Below, piece after piece: positions 1-12,754 of a DNA stretch of 64,000 nucleotides (the stretch's first letter is position 1; every line of letters starts with the position of its first letter). Position numbers and translations under genes: made by a program. The stretch lies in NCBI RefSeq assembly GCF_009914755.1, contig NC_060927.1. One strand, given 5' to 3'. The notes under the pieces are model-generated. The model saw only the letters and a list, made by a program, of their open reading frames with translations. It made no database searches and was not told where the DNA came from. The DNA comes from the human T2T-CHM13v2.0 reference genome, Homo sapiens.

Positions 1-921
1 ACATTCACCCACAACACTGCCTGATGACACATTTTCACTTTTCTTAACACTGCTTCCTGAAGGAGTCAACATGATGTCAAGGTGACAGAATTAAGAATGA
101 CACCAGAGGAATGGTCAGAAAATTAACTTTTCAAAACTTTCGTGTTAGATGTTTGGATAGACATTCAGTAACATGTGGTGATCACGAATGTGTCTTTAGT
201 TTATTTTGAAAACGAATCCTGAATTACCAATTGAGCAGCAGAACCTGTTTGTACTCCAAAAACAAATTACATTGAATTTAAAAAGCCATTATGAAGAGTG
301 CCTTATGATAAAGAATAGATTTTCTGGCTAAAAGCATTTTCCATCATTTGACAAAGTATAGTCAATCTTAAAGAAAAGCTTCAACTTACGCATTCGTTTC
401 AAAATTAATACTTATGAAGACAGGAAGTTGAATAGATGAAGAGTGATGACTTTTTGCAGGATCTGAGCCCTAAAGTTTTGGGCCTACACTATTCCTTCCT
501 ATCTCCTTGTCAGAGAAGTTGAGGCAAGATCTCTCTTTTATCTGGCTCTCAGATTTCTGAGTATAATAAGCTCACAATTCCTTATAGGAAAGATAGAACA
601 CATCAGAAAAGCATTCCAAATCATTCCAAATCAAATGAAAGTCACCATTTGATGACTGTAAACTAGCCCCACTCATGGTTTGTTTGGATTTTCTTTTTTT
701 TTTTAAAGGCATTAGAATACATTCAGCTTTTTCTGCATCTGTGTGTCAGTTGCAGAAATGGAAGTTGGAACTAGCCAACTCCATCAGTCATCTACCCCCA
801 GTCTCTGAAATTTCTGTTCCTCTCTAGATAGTGGACGTTCAGTCATTTTGCAGCACTCATCTCGGCTCTAATAACAACTCTATTATGGCCCTGTGGCCTT
901 TTTCGTAACATTTATTTTCAG

Positions 922-994
922 GTTTGCCATGTGTTGGGCATCCATAACAGCCGGGCTGACTGTCACTTTGTGGCTCCAAAGGCATCGGCAGTGA
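922..994 (+). CDS. Candidate terminal coding exon; hydrophobic, TM-like C-terminus (x)FAMCWASITAGLTVTLWLQRHRQ*; gene not identified
   Basis: Acceptor tttattttcag|G at 921/922. GC/CpG-richer unique sequence follows. The phase-2 frame gives a hydrophobic helix plus basic tail ending TGA 992-994. An alternative frame (VCHVLG...CDKLR*) ends at 1057-1059. AT-rich UTR-like sequence follows, with ATTAAA 1159 and AATAAA 1644. Confidence 0.35.
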
Positions 995-1829
995 GAGAGA
1001 TCTGGACTCTTGCAAAGTATGATGGAATTGGCTGGATTTCATGTGACAAGCTCAGATGATGGCCCTTTGTCCAGAGCAGGCATGACAGAAATGGAAATGC
1101 TTGATACAGGTCCTGTTTCCTAAGAACATGTAAAGGACAACTTATGGTGATTTGGGGGATTAAATCACAACTTTTTCTTGAACTTAAATCTCTATCAATT
1201 AGGTAGGCAGCTTGCTTTACTGGGAATTTTCATGGGACCAATACTTGTAAAGGAATGTATTGCTTAAGTGAAGCAGGATCTAGCTTATGACTGAAACTTA
1301 CATTTGGGTAACACTTTAGCAGCATATCTTCTTTTGAATCAATTATAATCACATTCCACTGGAATCTAGGTCTAATACTACTTTATAGAAATTTTAGAAT
1401 CACCTGCTTAGGGATATGTATATATATTAACTGGATCTATCAGGGATTAACAAATTAATAGATATTGCCTCTTCTCTTTTTACCTAATGACTATTTGTTT
1501 AATAACTGCACTTTTATTATATTAGATCGGGATTTTATCACATTACAAGGATATGTGAAAACCCCTAAAAAATTTGCTTTGGGAAAAAAGTAATGATAAT
1601 TTATCCATTTTCCTAAACTACCTGTTTCAGTATTTAGATAGCTAATAAAGAGAGCAACCACCTTTAAGTAAACATTCTATCAGATTGAGACTATTGAGAG
1701 CAATCTATAAACAATACACCCACTTGCTTATCACTGGTGCATAACTGATGTCCAAGATGCAAAATGGATTACCATGATTTAAACTCTCAAAAATATTTTG
1801 AGTTGGGCAATTTTTCAGGACAGACAGCT

Positions 1830-3215
1830 GTCTACATGACACCTCCACTTAACTATCCAACAGATCTTTCAAATGGGTCATGTTCGCAACAGAATTCTTG
1901 AGTTCTCTATTACTCCAAAACTTACTAAATCTTAGGCTTCCCATCTCTTTGATGGCATCATTTATGTCGAGATGCCTGGGCTATAACTAGGGTATCATTC
2001 TTGATTCTCTTTTTTTTTTTAACCATATTCCCTATTAAAGAGATAGGAAAGCATAAGGTGATATCAGTTCTACCTTCAAAATATATCCCAAATCTGAACA
2101 CTTCTCAATACCTCCATTCCTTTCACCCTCATCCAAGCCATCATGATCTTACAGCTGGCTTGCAAGGTCTCTTAACTGATCTCTCTGATCTTCCATTTCT
2201 CATTGTTAGTCAGTTCTCTACACAGCAGCTGGAGTGGCAATTATTTCATAATGTGTATCAGATTGTATTGCTTCCCTGATCAAAACTCTCCAGTGCTTTC
2301 TTATCACATTCATATCTACTACACCCTACAAGATTTTCCCCTGCCCATTTCCCTAAACTCATCGTCTGTCACTCCTCTCCCCATTTACTCTGCTCTACCC
2401 AGTCTCACTTCTTGTTCTTCAGACACACTGAGGTTAGTTCCACCTCAGTGCTGTTGCACTTACTATTCCTTTAGGCTGGAATATCTTCTGTTTCTTTGCC
2501 TAGCTCATTCCATCACTTGATTCAGGCTTCTGTTGAAATGTCATTTCCCCATGGAGCCTTCCCTCAACAATCTTTCCAAGCTGTCTCCCCCTGATTTCCA
2601 CATGGTCTCCCCATTTCACCTGCTTCATTTTTCTCATAGTACTTATAATAGTCAGGGTGTTCCGGAGACAGGAAACCAGTAGAATAAATCTACGTATGAA
2701 TATATAAATTTATTTTAGGAAATTGGCTTATGTAATTGAGGGGTTTGACAAGTTTGTAATTTGTAAGGAAGGCTGGTAGGCTGTAAACTCAGGGGATTTC
2801 TGTGTTATGGTCTTAAGACAGAGTTCCTTTTTCTTCTGGCATCACCTCAGTTTTTGTTCTTAACACCTTCAGCTAATTGAATGAAGCCCACCCACGTAAT
2901 CAAATGTAAATCCTTTATTTATAAAAAACCAATTGAAGATATTAATCATATTTATTAAATTTCTTCATATCAATATCTAGACTACTGTTTGGCCAAATAA
3001 CTGAGCATCATTGCCTAGCCAAATTGTCACATAAAATGTAACCATCACAGTACTTATCACCTTGTGCCATTAGACGGGCATTGATTTATTTGTTTGTAAT
3101 AAGTCTCCTTCACTAGAATACAAAGGCCATGACAGCAAGAAGACAGGTTCAACGCCATATTCCAGTGCCTATAATAGTACCTGGCACACAGTAAACACTA
3201 GATAAATGAATAAAT
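1830..3215 (+). mobile_element. L2 LINE 3' portion, split by an MLT2 LTR
   Basis: L2-like text (ttctaccttcaaaatatatcccaaatc; cctggcacacagtaaacac...gaataaat terminus) resumes after the LTR. Confidence 0.8.
2644..3049 (-). mobile_element. MLT2 (C/D-like) ERVL solo LTR
   Basis: Ends tataatagtcagggtg / ataaaatgtaaccatcaca match MLT2 termini. 5-bp TSD GTACT at 2639-2643 and 3050-3054. Confidence 0.85.
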
Positions 3216-4139
3216 CTGGCTTCCTTCTTGTCTTACGTGAAATAACCTCTTTAGAACAAAGAGTCACAGACAGTATTTTGATAGTGCAGCCATTCAGCAA
3301 AGGTATATCAACTACCGAGAAATGATAGACAACAGCCCTTCAGATGTGCTAACATGTACTTGATAAAATTCTCAGGGTGAGCAGGAGACATGATAATTGT
3401 CAATTCTGAGGCAGGAAGCACTGACCACTGATAAGAAAGAGCTAGCCAATTTCAACCAACCAATGTATAATTCCAGTAGCAAGTATTTAATTTGCACGTG
3501 GGAGAAGAAAACTCATGTTGGAAGTTATTTTTGTGTTTTGCAAAGTAATAAACAAATTGTATAGCAAATAATAATTCAGAATAAAAATACAGCAATCAAG
3601 ATACCTACTCACCTACTTAAGTTATAACTTTTTTAACTTTGAGTTTTGAGGACTAATTTTATAGTTTTGATAGAGTAGTTTTAAGAAATATATATATATA
3701 TCTTCATGAAAGGATTTTTTTTCCTGAGTTAATTTGATAGAGAGGGAGGAGATGAAAGTGACAAACATCAAAAGACTCTGGAGTTTTACGCCGAGCACCT
3801 GGCGGGATGTAGAACATAATATAACACTGGAGACAGAGTCAGATGGGTTGGAGACAACATGTTTTTCAAATTGTGATATGCGTTTGCCAAGACAAGATTA
3901 AGAAAGTTAGGCTTCCCAGACCACAGAAAGACATACGTTTATTTGATCTTGATAGTTATTAAAATAGTTTGCAAAACTAGACCCTACAGCCTTTTTAGAT
4001 TTGGGGATTTAAGAATGTGACTAACATTTTGGATTTGAAAAATATTACGGATATCTTTTCAACTTAGTCATGTGAGATTTATGGATTTGAATATCCTACC
4101 ATATTTAACTTTGTAGTCCCCAGTCCTAACTGTTTACAA

Positions 4140-4340
4140 AGATCTTTTTCACATTTGTCATCCTACTTGAGCCTTATGACAACTCTTTGAGGTAAGTGAG
4201 ATAATAGTATTACCCCTATTTCACCAAAGTGGAAACTGAGGCTCTGGACAATTTGCCCAATGGAGGTCACATAGCTAGGAATTGATGGCATTAGGATGTA
4301 AACCCCAGTCTTAGAAACCTTTCACACCCCACTGTTCTGC
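4140..4340 (-). mobile_element. MIR SINE
   Basis: Core gaaactgaggctc...ttgccc...ggtcacatagctag. Confidence 0.75.
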
Positions 4341-4898
4341 CTCCTTTTTAGTGAGAGCCAAGATTATAAGGTCTAAACCTTTTGGCTGTTGAGGACTAAA
4401 TGATAAGTGAGTTGGTTATTCTATTAACTGGGCTGCTGGACATTTTCCCAATGATGTACCCAAGAGTTTTCTTGGTACATAAAAAAATTTCATGTTACAA
4501 GGCTTAAGCCTTGTAACATTTTGGATGATGCTTCATTCTAGCATCATGTGTGAACCAGTTCTTGCATCCTGTGTCACAGTCTTCTTTGCATTAACTATTA
4601 TCATGTGTAATGTGACTACCTTTCTATTTCTCATAGAATCACAAGGAAATATTTTCCCCCAAGAGTAATAGTTTCTCCTATGATCAATTCATTTTTTCCT
4701 TTAAAGTCTATTTCATCAGGACTTTTTTGTGTTTTGTTTTTGTTTGTTTTGGTCTATTCTTTCCTTTGATTTTGTACAACCAGTCCTGGCACAGTCGTTT
4801 ACGCCAACTGCTTCAAGAAATACATTTTACTCCATATCCGTAACACTTTTGGAGTTGCTTCTCTCTTTTCTTGAGCTGTTTTGCTTTTTATAGAGAAC

Positions 4899-4954
4899 CA
4901 CACACACACACACATGCACTGCACACACGCATATATATATATATATATATATAT
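4899..4954. repeat. (CA)n/(TA)n microsatellite
   Basis: cacacaca... followed by about 12 AT units. Confidence 0.9.
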
Positions 4955-5149
4955 GCTCTCTATAACAAGAAAAATAATCTACTGATACCTTTGTTGTTGA
5001 TAGCACTAATAAACTCTTAGTACTATCAATAATGAAGTGCTATCAATAACACTAATAAATTTTTCTTGTTATAGAGAGCACTATATATATAGTGTCCAAT
5101 TTACTTATAACTATATAGTTATCAGTTACAGTTGTCCAATTAATATCAA

Positions 5150-6150
<1,001 letters not shown>

Positions 6151-6351
6151 GTTTAAAAAAATCACAGACATTTGATTTAGGAGGTCCTAATTGGTTACAT
6201 AGTGATTTGTTCAGGATGATTTCATGTATTTTTTCATTTTGTCATCCAGGATATTTCACAGACCAACTTGAAAGTAACATTTTTTGAAACCAATAGATTT
6301 TTAAAATGACTTTTTATAAGGCCCTATTACCAAGTTCAAAGACTGTTTTCT

Positions 6352-6423
6352 TTTTTTTTTTTGAAACAGTCTAACTCTGTCGCCCAGGCTGGAGTGCAGT
6401 GGTGCGATCTCAGCTCACTGCAG
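6352..6423 (-). mobile_element. 5'-truncated Alu (3' end only)
   Basis: Poly(T) then tgtcgcccaggctggagtgcagtggtgcgatctcagctcactgca. Confidence 0.9.
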
Positions 6424-6729
6424 ACCTTTTTTAATGTGTTCCAAACTCACTATTTGCAGTTGGTTGGTACAGTGATCATCCTGTACAAACAGCTGCTATT
6501 TCTATTGTAATAATGGTCTTGGGACAGCGCATCCTACACCCATCAAGGAAAGAAACTCTTGTAGGGGCACTTGCCAGACATTCTGAAATGATTATGCCCA
6601 AAGGGAGTACAGTAGATTTGGACTTGTATGAACAAGTAACTGATTTTAATCTTGTTGGAGTTCAGATGTCATAGAAATACGTTGCAATAGTAGAACTATA
6701 AGAAGTTGCACGTTTAGAGTTGAGTAACA

Positions 6730-7120
6730 CTAGTAGGATTTTTTACTGTCATCATTTAGATAAGAGAGCCATGGCCCAGTAAGGCTAAATGGTCCATTCA
6801 AAACTCAAACCCAGTTAGTGTCAAAGCCAGGACTCTAATTTCACATCCTCTAACCCTTAGCCTAATGCTCTTTCCAGGGTCAGATTCATGTACTAGTCCT
6901 TTGCCATAGAATATCTAATCTTGAGCAAGTTAATTAATCCCCCTGAGCCCTGATGTTTTTCTCTGTAAAGAGTGCACAATAATATCTACTTGTAGAGTTG
7001 TGGAAGAAACTAAACAAGATAATTTAACTTAGTACTGTGTCTGGAACATAGTATATGCATAGAATGCATAGAATATGCATAGTATATGCATAGAATACGT
7101 TGTGGATATTATCATTACTA
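6730..7120. mobile_element. Two MIR fragments, opposite orientations (- then +)
   Basis: Degenerate MIR cores (ttgagcaagttaattaatccccctgagcc...ctgtaaa). Confidence 0.6.
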
Positions 7121-7199
7121 GTATTATTCCTCGGAGATCCAGCTAACAGTTGGATTTATAGGGTAGAATTTGAAAGAGAGGCTAGAGCTCATCTGAGGA

Positions 7200-8440
7200 G
7201 TTCTCTGCTTGGTGATAGCATCTGGAGCCAGGAAAGCAGGTGAGATTGCTGACAGCGAGCGTAGAGATGGGAGAAGCACTGAGAGGGTAAAACAATATTA
7301 AAAGTTTAGAAGATAGATGAAAAACCAGCTACAAAGACAAAAGAACCAGGATGGTGGAAAGTTACAGAAACCAAGGGAGCAGCAGACATTGGGTTTGGCA
7401 TTTTCATTGGTAATCTTGGAACAAACAGTTTTTGTTGAGTGAGAAACAGAATTCAGATGCCAAAAAACAAAATAATAAAGTTAGGGTGTGTGCATGTCTT
7501 GAAATACCTCTTTACTAAATGTGGTTGTTAAAGAAGGACAGGGATCAATTAGTAATTTAAGATGGTTGCAGGGTCAAGGAAAGGTTTTACTTTTAAATAT
7601 AGAGAAGATCTGAGCATGTTTATTGGCAAGAAGAGTTTGACGAAACAGAAAGAAGGATGGAAGATGAGATTAAATAATTGTTGAAGTTATAGGGAATAAG
7701 ATCCAACTATAGGATAAGGTTGAACGACTTGGCAGAAAGGAGAAGTATCTCTCCCTCTGAGGGTAGAGAAGCTAAGGGTAGAGGGATCTTGAGGTGAAGA
7801 GAAAAGAAAGTGAGGATGCTTAGCTATTGCATGCCCTCAGTCTTCGGGGTGAACTTAACCATCAGGATATTTCTCTCAAATGAAGGTCCAGGGCTAAGGT
7901 GGCAGTATTAGGGAGAAATGAAACATTTGGAACAAGAACCATGGGAGAATTTGACAGTCAATTAGAGAGCAACACAAATATGTTGGCATAGGCTAAAGGG
8001 CCACCTGAGGTCAAACAGCACGACTGTGCGGTAGACCCCATCACCCCAACATCAACATCTTGACCTCCTGGTATTTGACAGACCACAGTATTCCCAAGAA
8101 TGGAGTTCTGGCAACATCAAGGAAGCAAGAAGGTCTAGGCTGTATTGAGAGAGGTTTTATCAGAACGATGGTGATGGAATGGAAAAGAGGTAGTGCCCAC
8201 TGGTAAAAGATAAAAGGCGTGTGCTCAGTGGACACAAGGTAGTAGGAGCTGGGGAAAATTCCAGTGAGTGACATTCTGGCAGTGGAACAGTTTTGAGAGG
8301 TGATGTGTGAGGTGTGTGGCTGAGGTGAAGAGAGGAAAAGACTGGAGGGTTTGGAACTGAGGAGGTTAAAGAACTGAAGCCAGAGGCTTTAATAGTCTGT
8401 TATTGCCGGTGAAGACTGCATGATAGCAGAAGACTGTGAG
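7200..8440 (-). mobile_element. Old L2 internal fragment
   Basis: Purine-rich antisense L2-like text (cagaaaccaagggag; cattgggtttggca...ttggtaatcttgg). Confidence 0.55.
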
Positions 8441-8479
8441 CAAGAGTACCCCTCAGTTGGGGGTGTAAGTGGCATAAAA

Positions 8480-8489
8480 TGCTGAGTCA
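8480..8489 (-). promoter_or_regulatory. ARE/NF-E2-type motif TGACTCAGCA (contains AP-1 TGACTCA)
   Basis: TGCTGAGTCA on +, at the edge of a unique GC-richer block. Motif only. Confidence 0.35.
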
Positions 8490-9949
8490 GGGGCTCCTTC
8501 AAGCAACTGCAGCTCAGAGCTCGGCATTTCTGCTCACTTCATTGCCCGTGCAGAGACTTTGGATGTCTCCCCGTGATCTTGACAGGCTGGAATTTTCTAA
8601 TCCTGGTAGTCCTATTCATCTCAAGAGATCCTGTGCTTCTGGGTTTCCCTGCAGGGAGAGAATGTGCCTACCTGCATTTCCCTGAAGTGCTTGTTTGTTC
8701 GCTACCCAGATTCCCAAATATCGTCAAGCCTCCCCTGTTGTGCCAGCCTGCGCCTCTCATTTAGAGAGGAGTGTGATGCCGCTATCCATTTTGCAGTCTT
8801 TGTGCACATCAAAACAAACAAACAGAGACCCAAACACACCCCAGCAGGCTTATTGTCAGAGAATTAGCTCCCATGCTGGCGCAGCCAGACGAATTCAGAT
8901 AAGAATAGCTTAAAATAAATCCTCGCAGGCAAACTGGTCACAGGCCAGGGCTGTGGGATAACTTCTGGCTACAACCACATTCTGTACACATGTTCTGTTA
9001 TCCTAAAAGATTTTATTTTACATTTTTTAAGGGAGCCAGAGGTAAAAGGGAAGCAAATTAAAATTGCCTTCTCCTCACTGAAGCCTGAGGTAGATGAGGA
9101 GGTATTTGGTTAAGAACTCAGACAGCATGGTTGAACATTCAAGAGCACCTGTTTATGATTATTTTTTGCCTCCAGGTAAATTGAAATTTGATCTTCCACT
9201 GCTAGAGGCTTCTCATTCCTAGAGACATTAACCACATGCATCAGTTGGATGGCATTCCTCTCCTAGGTCAAGCCTGTGGCTCCCGCCTCTGTAAATATCT
9301 GGTCCTCCTCTATAACCTTGAAAGCTACCTATGAACACTCCTTGACACTTGGTGCCAGTTTAACATAATAAATGTCTTTGGGGACTACCTGCATAATTAC
9401 AGAAAGAAAAATCATTTTCATCTTGTAACTAACTAGGTAGATTCAAAGCTAGTGCCTAGATTTTCTTTAAATACCTCTTGACTTCAGGGAAATCTGAGTC
9501 TAACATTGTGACATTGCATTGGCCAGTTTCAAATTATTATAACTATGATTTCAACATTCCCAAGTCTGGCTGTGTGGATAGACGGTGACCCAGCAAGGGA
9601 ACAAGGTGTAGAATCAGGAATAAGATTAATGCTTTTCAGCTGGTGACATGGAAAATATGCATGAGCCTAGCTGGTAGCTGTTCTGCTTTCTTTCTCAGCA
9701 AATTTTTACAAGGTGGAAGTCACCTTGATTGTCTAAAAAGCAAAGGGGGTTATGACGGCAACAAGTCTTGATCTATTTTGTGGGCCAATAAGTGAAACTA
9801 TTTTTCCAAACCTACATTTCTATATCAAAACTTGCTTTCTGTTAAAACTCCCAGTCCCCGATCCAGTAGGTCCCAATTCATTCTGAAATGAGTTATAAGT
9901 TCGAGCAAGATACTGCCTCTTATTAAATAATAAAGGGGCAGTATTTATT

Positions 9950-10115
9950 GGGTCAAACAGATCTGTGTTTAAATTAACCACTGCATAGTCTGAGCAAGTT
10001 ACTTAACCTCTGATTCTTTAGTTTTGTCATTTATCAAACGATCATAACATTTTCTACCTCTCAAGGTTACTTTGAGGATTAAATAACAGAATTTATATAA
10101 AACAATTAGTAGAAT
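9950..10115 (+). mobile_element. MIR SINE
   Basis: tgagcaagttacttaacctctg...tgaggattaaata. Confidence 0.75.
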
Positions 10116-10139
10116 GCATTTGATAGCAGGAGGAGGAAT

Positions 10140-10290
10140 TATAATGAGCTCTATGTATAAGGCACAGTGCTAAATTCTTTATAAAGAGTAACTCATTTAA
10201 TCCTCACAACAGACCTATTGACCTATTATGACCTATGACATAAGACCTATTATGAAGATCCATTGTTTGCACAGAAACACAAAGAGGTCT
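10140..10290 (-). mobile_element. MIR SINE with internal GACCTAT amplification
   Basis: aactcatttaatcctcacaac MIR motif. Confidence 0.7.
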
Positions 10291-10384
10291 GGCATGTTAG
10301 AGATGAGAGGAGAGGTGTAAGAATAAACTGTATGTAACAACAAAAAGTATGATGATGATGGCGGTGGTGGTGGTGGCAGTGGTT

Positions 10385-10600
10385 AGCATTTGTTGAATGC
10401 TTAATAAGTACCAGGTCTTGTGCTAATTATTTTAGTATGCAGTATCTTGTTCATGTCTTATAATTAATGTGAGAAATAAGGTACAATTTTAAGCCCCATT
10501 TTTTTTACTGAAGAAAACAGAAGTACAGAGAAGATTAAAACTTGCCCAACGTCACACGGCTGGTCAGTGGTGGTACTGGGACTTAAATTTAGCTCTTTTT
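10385..10600 (-). mobile_element. MIR SINE, preceded by (GAT)n/(GGT)n repeat
   Basis: ccccatttt...acttgcccaacgtcacacggctggtcagtgg. Confidence 0.75.
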
Positions 10601-10646
10601 GATGTTCTCCCTTCTCTTTAAGAGACTCTGCTCTTAGCCCCTAGCC

Positions 10647-10829
10647 CAGTAATTTTCAGCGTGGTCCACAGAAACAGCATTGGCATTACCTGGGAATTTA
10701 TAAGAAAGATAACTTCTCAGGTCCCACCCAAGACCTACTGAATCAGGAAGTCTGGAGTGGAGTCCGGCACCAGAGTTCAATATAGGCCCTCCAAGGGATT
10801 CTGATGCATGCTCAAGTTTGAGAACCATG
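10647..10829. mobile_element. MER5A hAT-Charlie MITE
   Basis: cagt...aagtttgagaacca(c)tg termini. 8-bp TSD CCCTAGCC/CCCTAGAC. Confidence 0.85.
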
Positions 10830-11129
10830 CCCTAGACACTTTTGCTTCCCTTTATGGGGCACTTTAGGCTTGGTGAGCCTAATCTATTGAACTGATTTGA
10901 TCTTTTCAGCTGGATTCAGCCTTTGCATCTGGCTATCTCCAGAACAAAATCTCACCATCCCATTCCTTTGGCCTTCCATTGTTTACACCCTTCCCACTCA
11001 TGGCTATGTGGTACCAGGAACAAAAGACCCTTTAGGAGTAAAATGTGTCATAAGTGAGCCTTCCTTGCAGCGCTATTGTTACGTACATTCCATTGGAGAT
11101 TGGAGGTGACCAGGAAGATAATGCCTCAC

Positions 11130-11320
11130 ATCTTATTAGCTGTGTGTGGGCAGCTGAGTTAACTTTTCTGTGCCTCAGTGTTCTCTGCTGTGCAATGGAG
11201 ATAATCACATCACCTACCTGGGATGGATGCAATGAAGATTAAGTGCGACAATCCATGTGTGAGGTATGAGCTCTGTGCTTAACACATTTAACTACACAAT
11301 AAACATTTGCTATTGTTATT
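11130..11320 (+). mobile_element. MIR SINE
   Basis: ttagctgtgtg...ctgtgcctcagtg...aatggagataat. Confidence 0.75.
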
Positions 11321-12094
11321 AGGAAAAAAAAACCCTTTTCTGGAAGAATTGAGCATCATTCTAAAAGAACTATTTAGGACAAAAAAATGCTATATTCTAA
11401 TGCACAGAGATAAACCTAGGTAATGTACAGCGGGCAGTCAGTGGCTAAAGTACCTTGTTTGCAGGTACTGCACATTTCAGAAAAGCCCAAGTAGGAGGAA
11501 ACTAACCTTAATCCGGAAGATGATGATTTGTCTACTCTGTGATTCAATAAAGGCCACAGACTCTGCCTCAACAGGCTGTGAGTAAATCGGAAACTGTGGA
11601 CTTAACTGCTCTGAGTCACTAATGAGTGATAAAGAAAGAAATGGATACTCTTTCAAATCCATTTTTTGCTTTTAATTTCACCAGGGCAAACTCTCTCTAA
11701 ACAGCCCATTAGTTAAAACACTTGAGTAGAAACACAAAAGCAAGGATAATGGAGTTTGTTCATCAGCCAGCCTTTCCTCTCCTTATCTAACTGCTTCCCA
11801 CTCCTGTTTAAAGGCAAAAAAAAAAAAAAAAAAAGCCCCAGTGCTCCACAGTGTGAGCAGCATCAGAGAGCCAACTGCCAAAAGCCTTGGGAGGTGTCAC
11901 TTGACCCTGCAAAAAGTGCAGAGCATGCAGCAGCAGGCACTGCTGGAGCACCGTGACTGCCTGAGAGGGAGGTGGCATCTGTGCCCTATTCATCTGTGCC
12001 CTTAGATTGTTTTATCATCCAGAGGATAAACCCAGGGGTCTTTTCTAGGGCATTGCATGGCCCATCCCTCCACCATGGGAAACCTAAGGGATGA

Positions 12095-12541
12095 TGTGTT
12101 CTTTTGCTAGGGCTGCAGTAACAAGTACAACATGAGGTGGCTTAAACAACAGAATTTTATTGTCTCACATTACTGGAGGCAGAAGTCTGAGATTAAGGTG
12201 CGGGCTGTCGGTTGTGAAGAAGAACCTATTCCCTGCCTCTCTTCTAGCTTCTGGTAGTTTGTTGACAATCTTTGGCATCCTCGGCTTCTACCTCATCACT
12301 ACATCTCTGTCTTCATCTTCACATGTTCTCCCTGTATGAGTGCCCATGTCCAAATTTCTCCCTTTTCTAAGAATTCTAGTCATATTGGATTAAGGGGCCC
12401 ATTCTACTCCAGTATGACCTCATTTTAATGAATAACATCCTCAATGACCTTATTTCCAAATAAGGTTACACTCTGAGGTATTGAGGGTCAGGACTTCAAC
12501 ATATGAATTTGAGAGAAGGAGACACAATTCAACTCGTAACA
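12095..12541 (-). mobile_element. MLT1 (B/C-like) MaLR solo LTR
   Basis: gctagggctgcagtaacaag...gacacaattcaactcgtaaca. TSD GATGA/GATGG. Confidence 0.85.
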
Positions 12542-12603
12542 GATGGTGAGAGAAACTCTAGGTCCACTAAGAAGCTAGTTCTGTTGTTTAAACAGGCCTG
12601 GGG

Positions 12604-12754
12604 CAGTACTTCACACACTGTAATGTATACACGAATCACCTGAGGATCTTGCTAAAATGCATACTTTGATTCAGTCAATCTAGGGTGGGTGCTGAGATTC
12701 TGCATTTCTAGCCAGTTCCCAGTGATGCTACTGCTGCTATTTTGAGTAGCAAGG
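12604..12754. mobile_element. MER5B-like hAT-Charlie MITE
   Basis: gaatcacctgaggatcttgctaaaatgca...tttgagtagcaagg. Confidence 0.75.

Noticed and set aside
857-1042. 61-aa minus-strand ORF
   Set aside because: Short, no supporting signals; better explained as the antisense of the + strand candidate exon.
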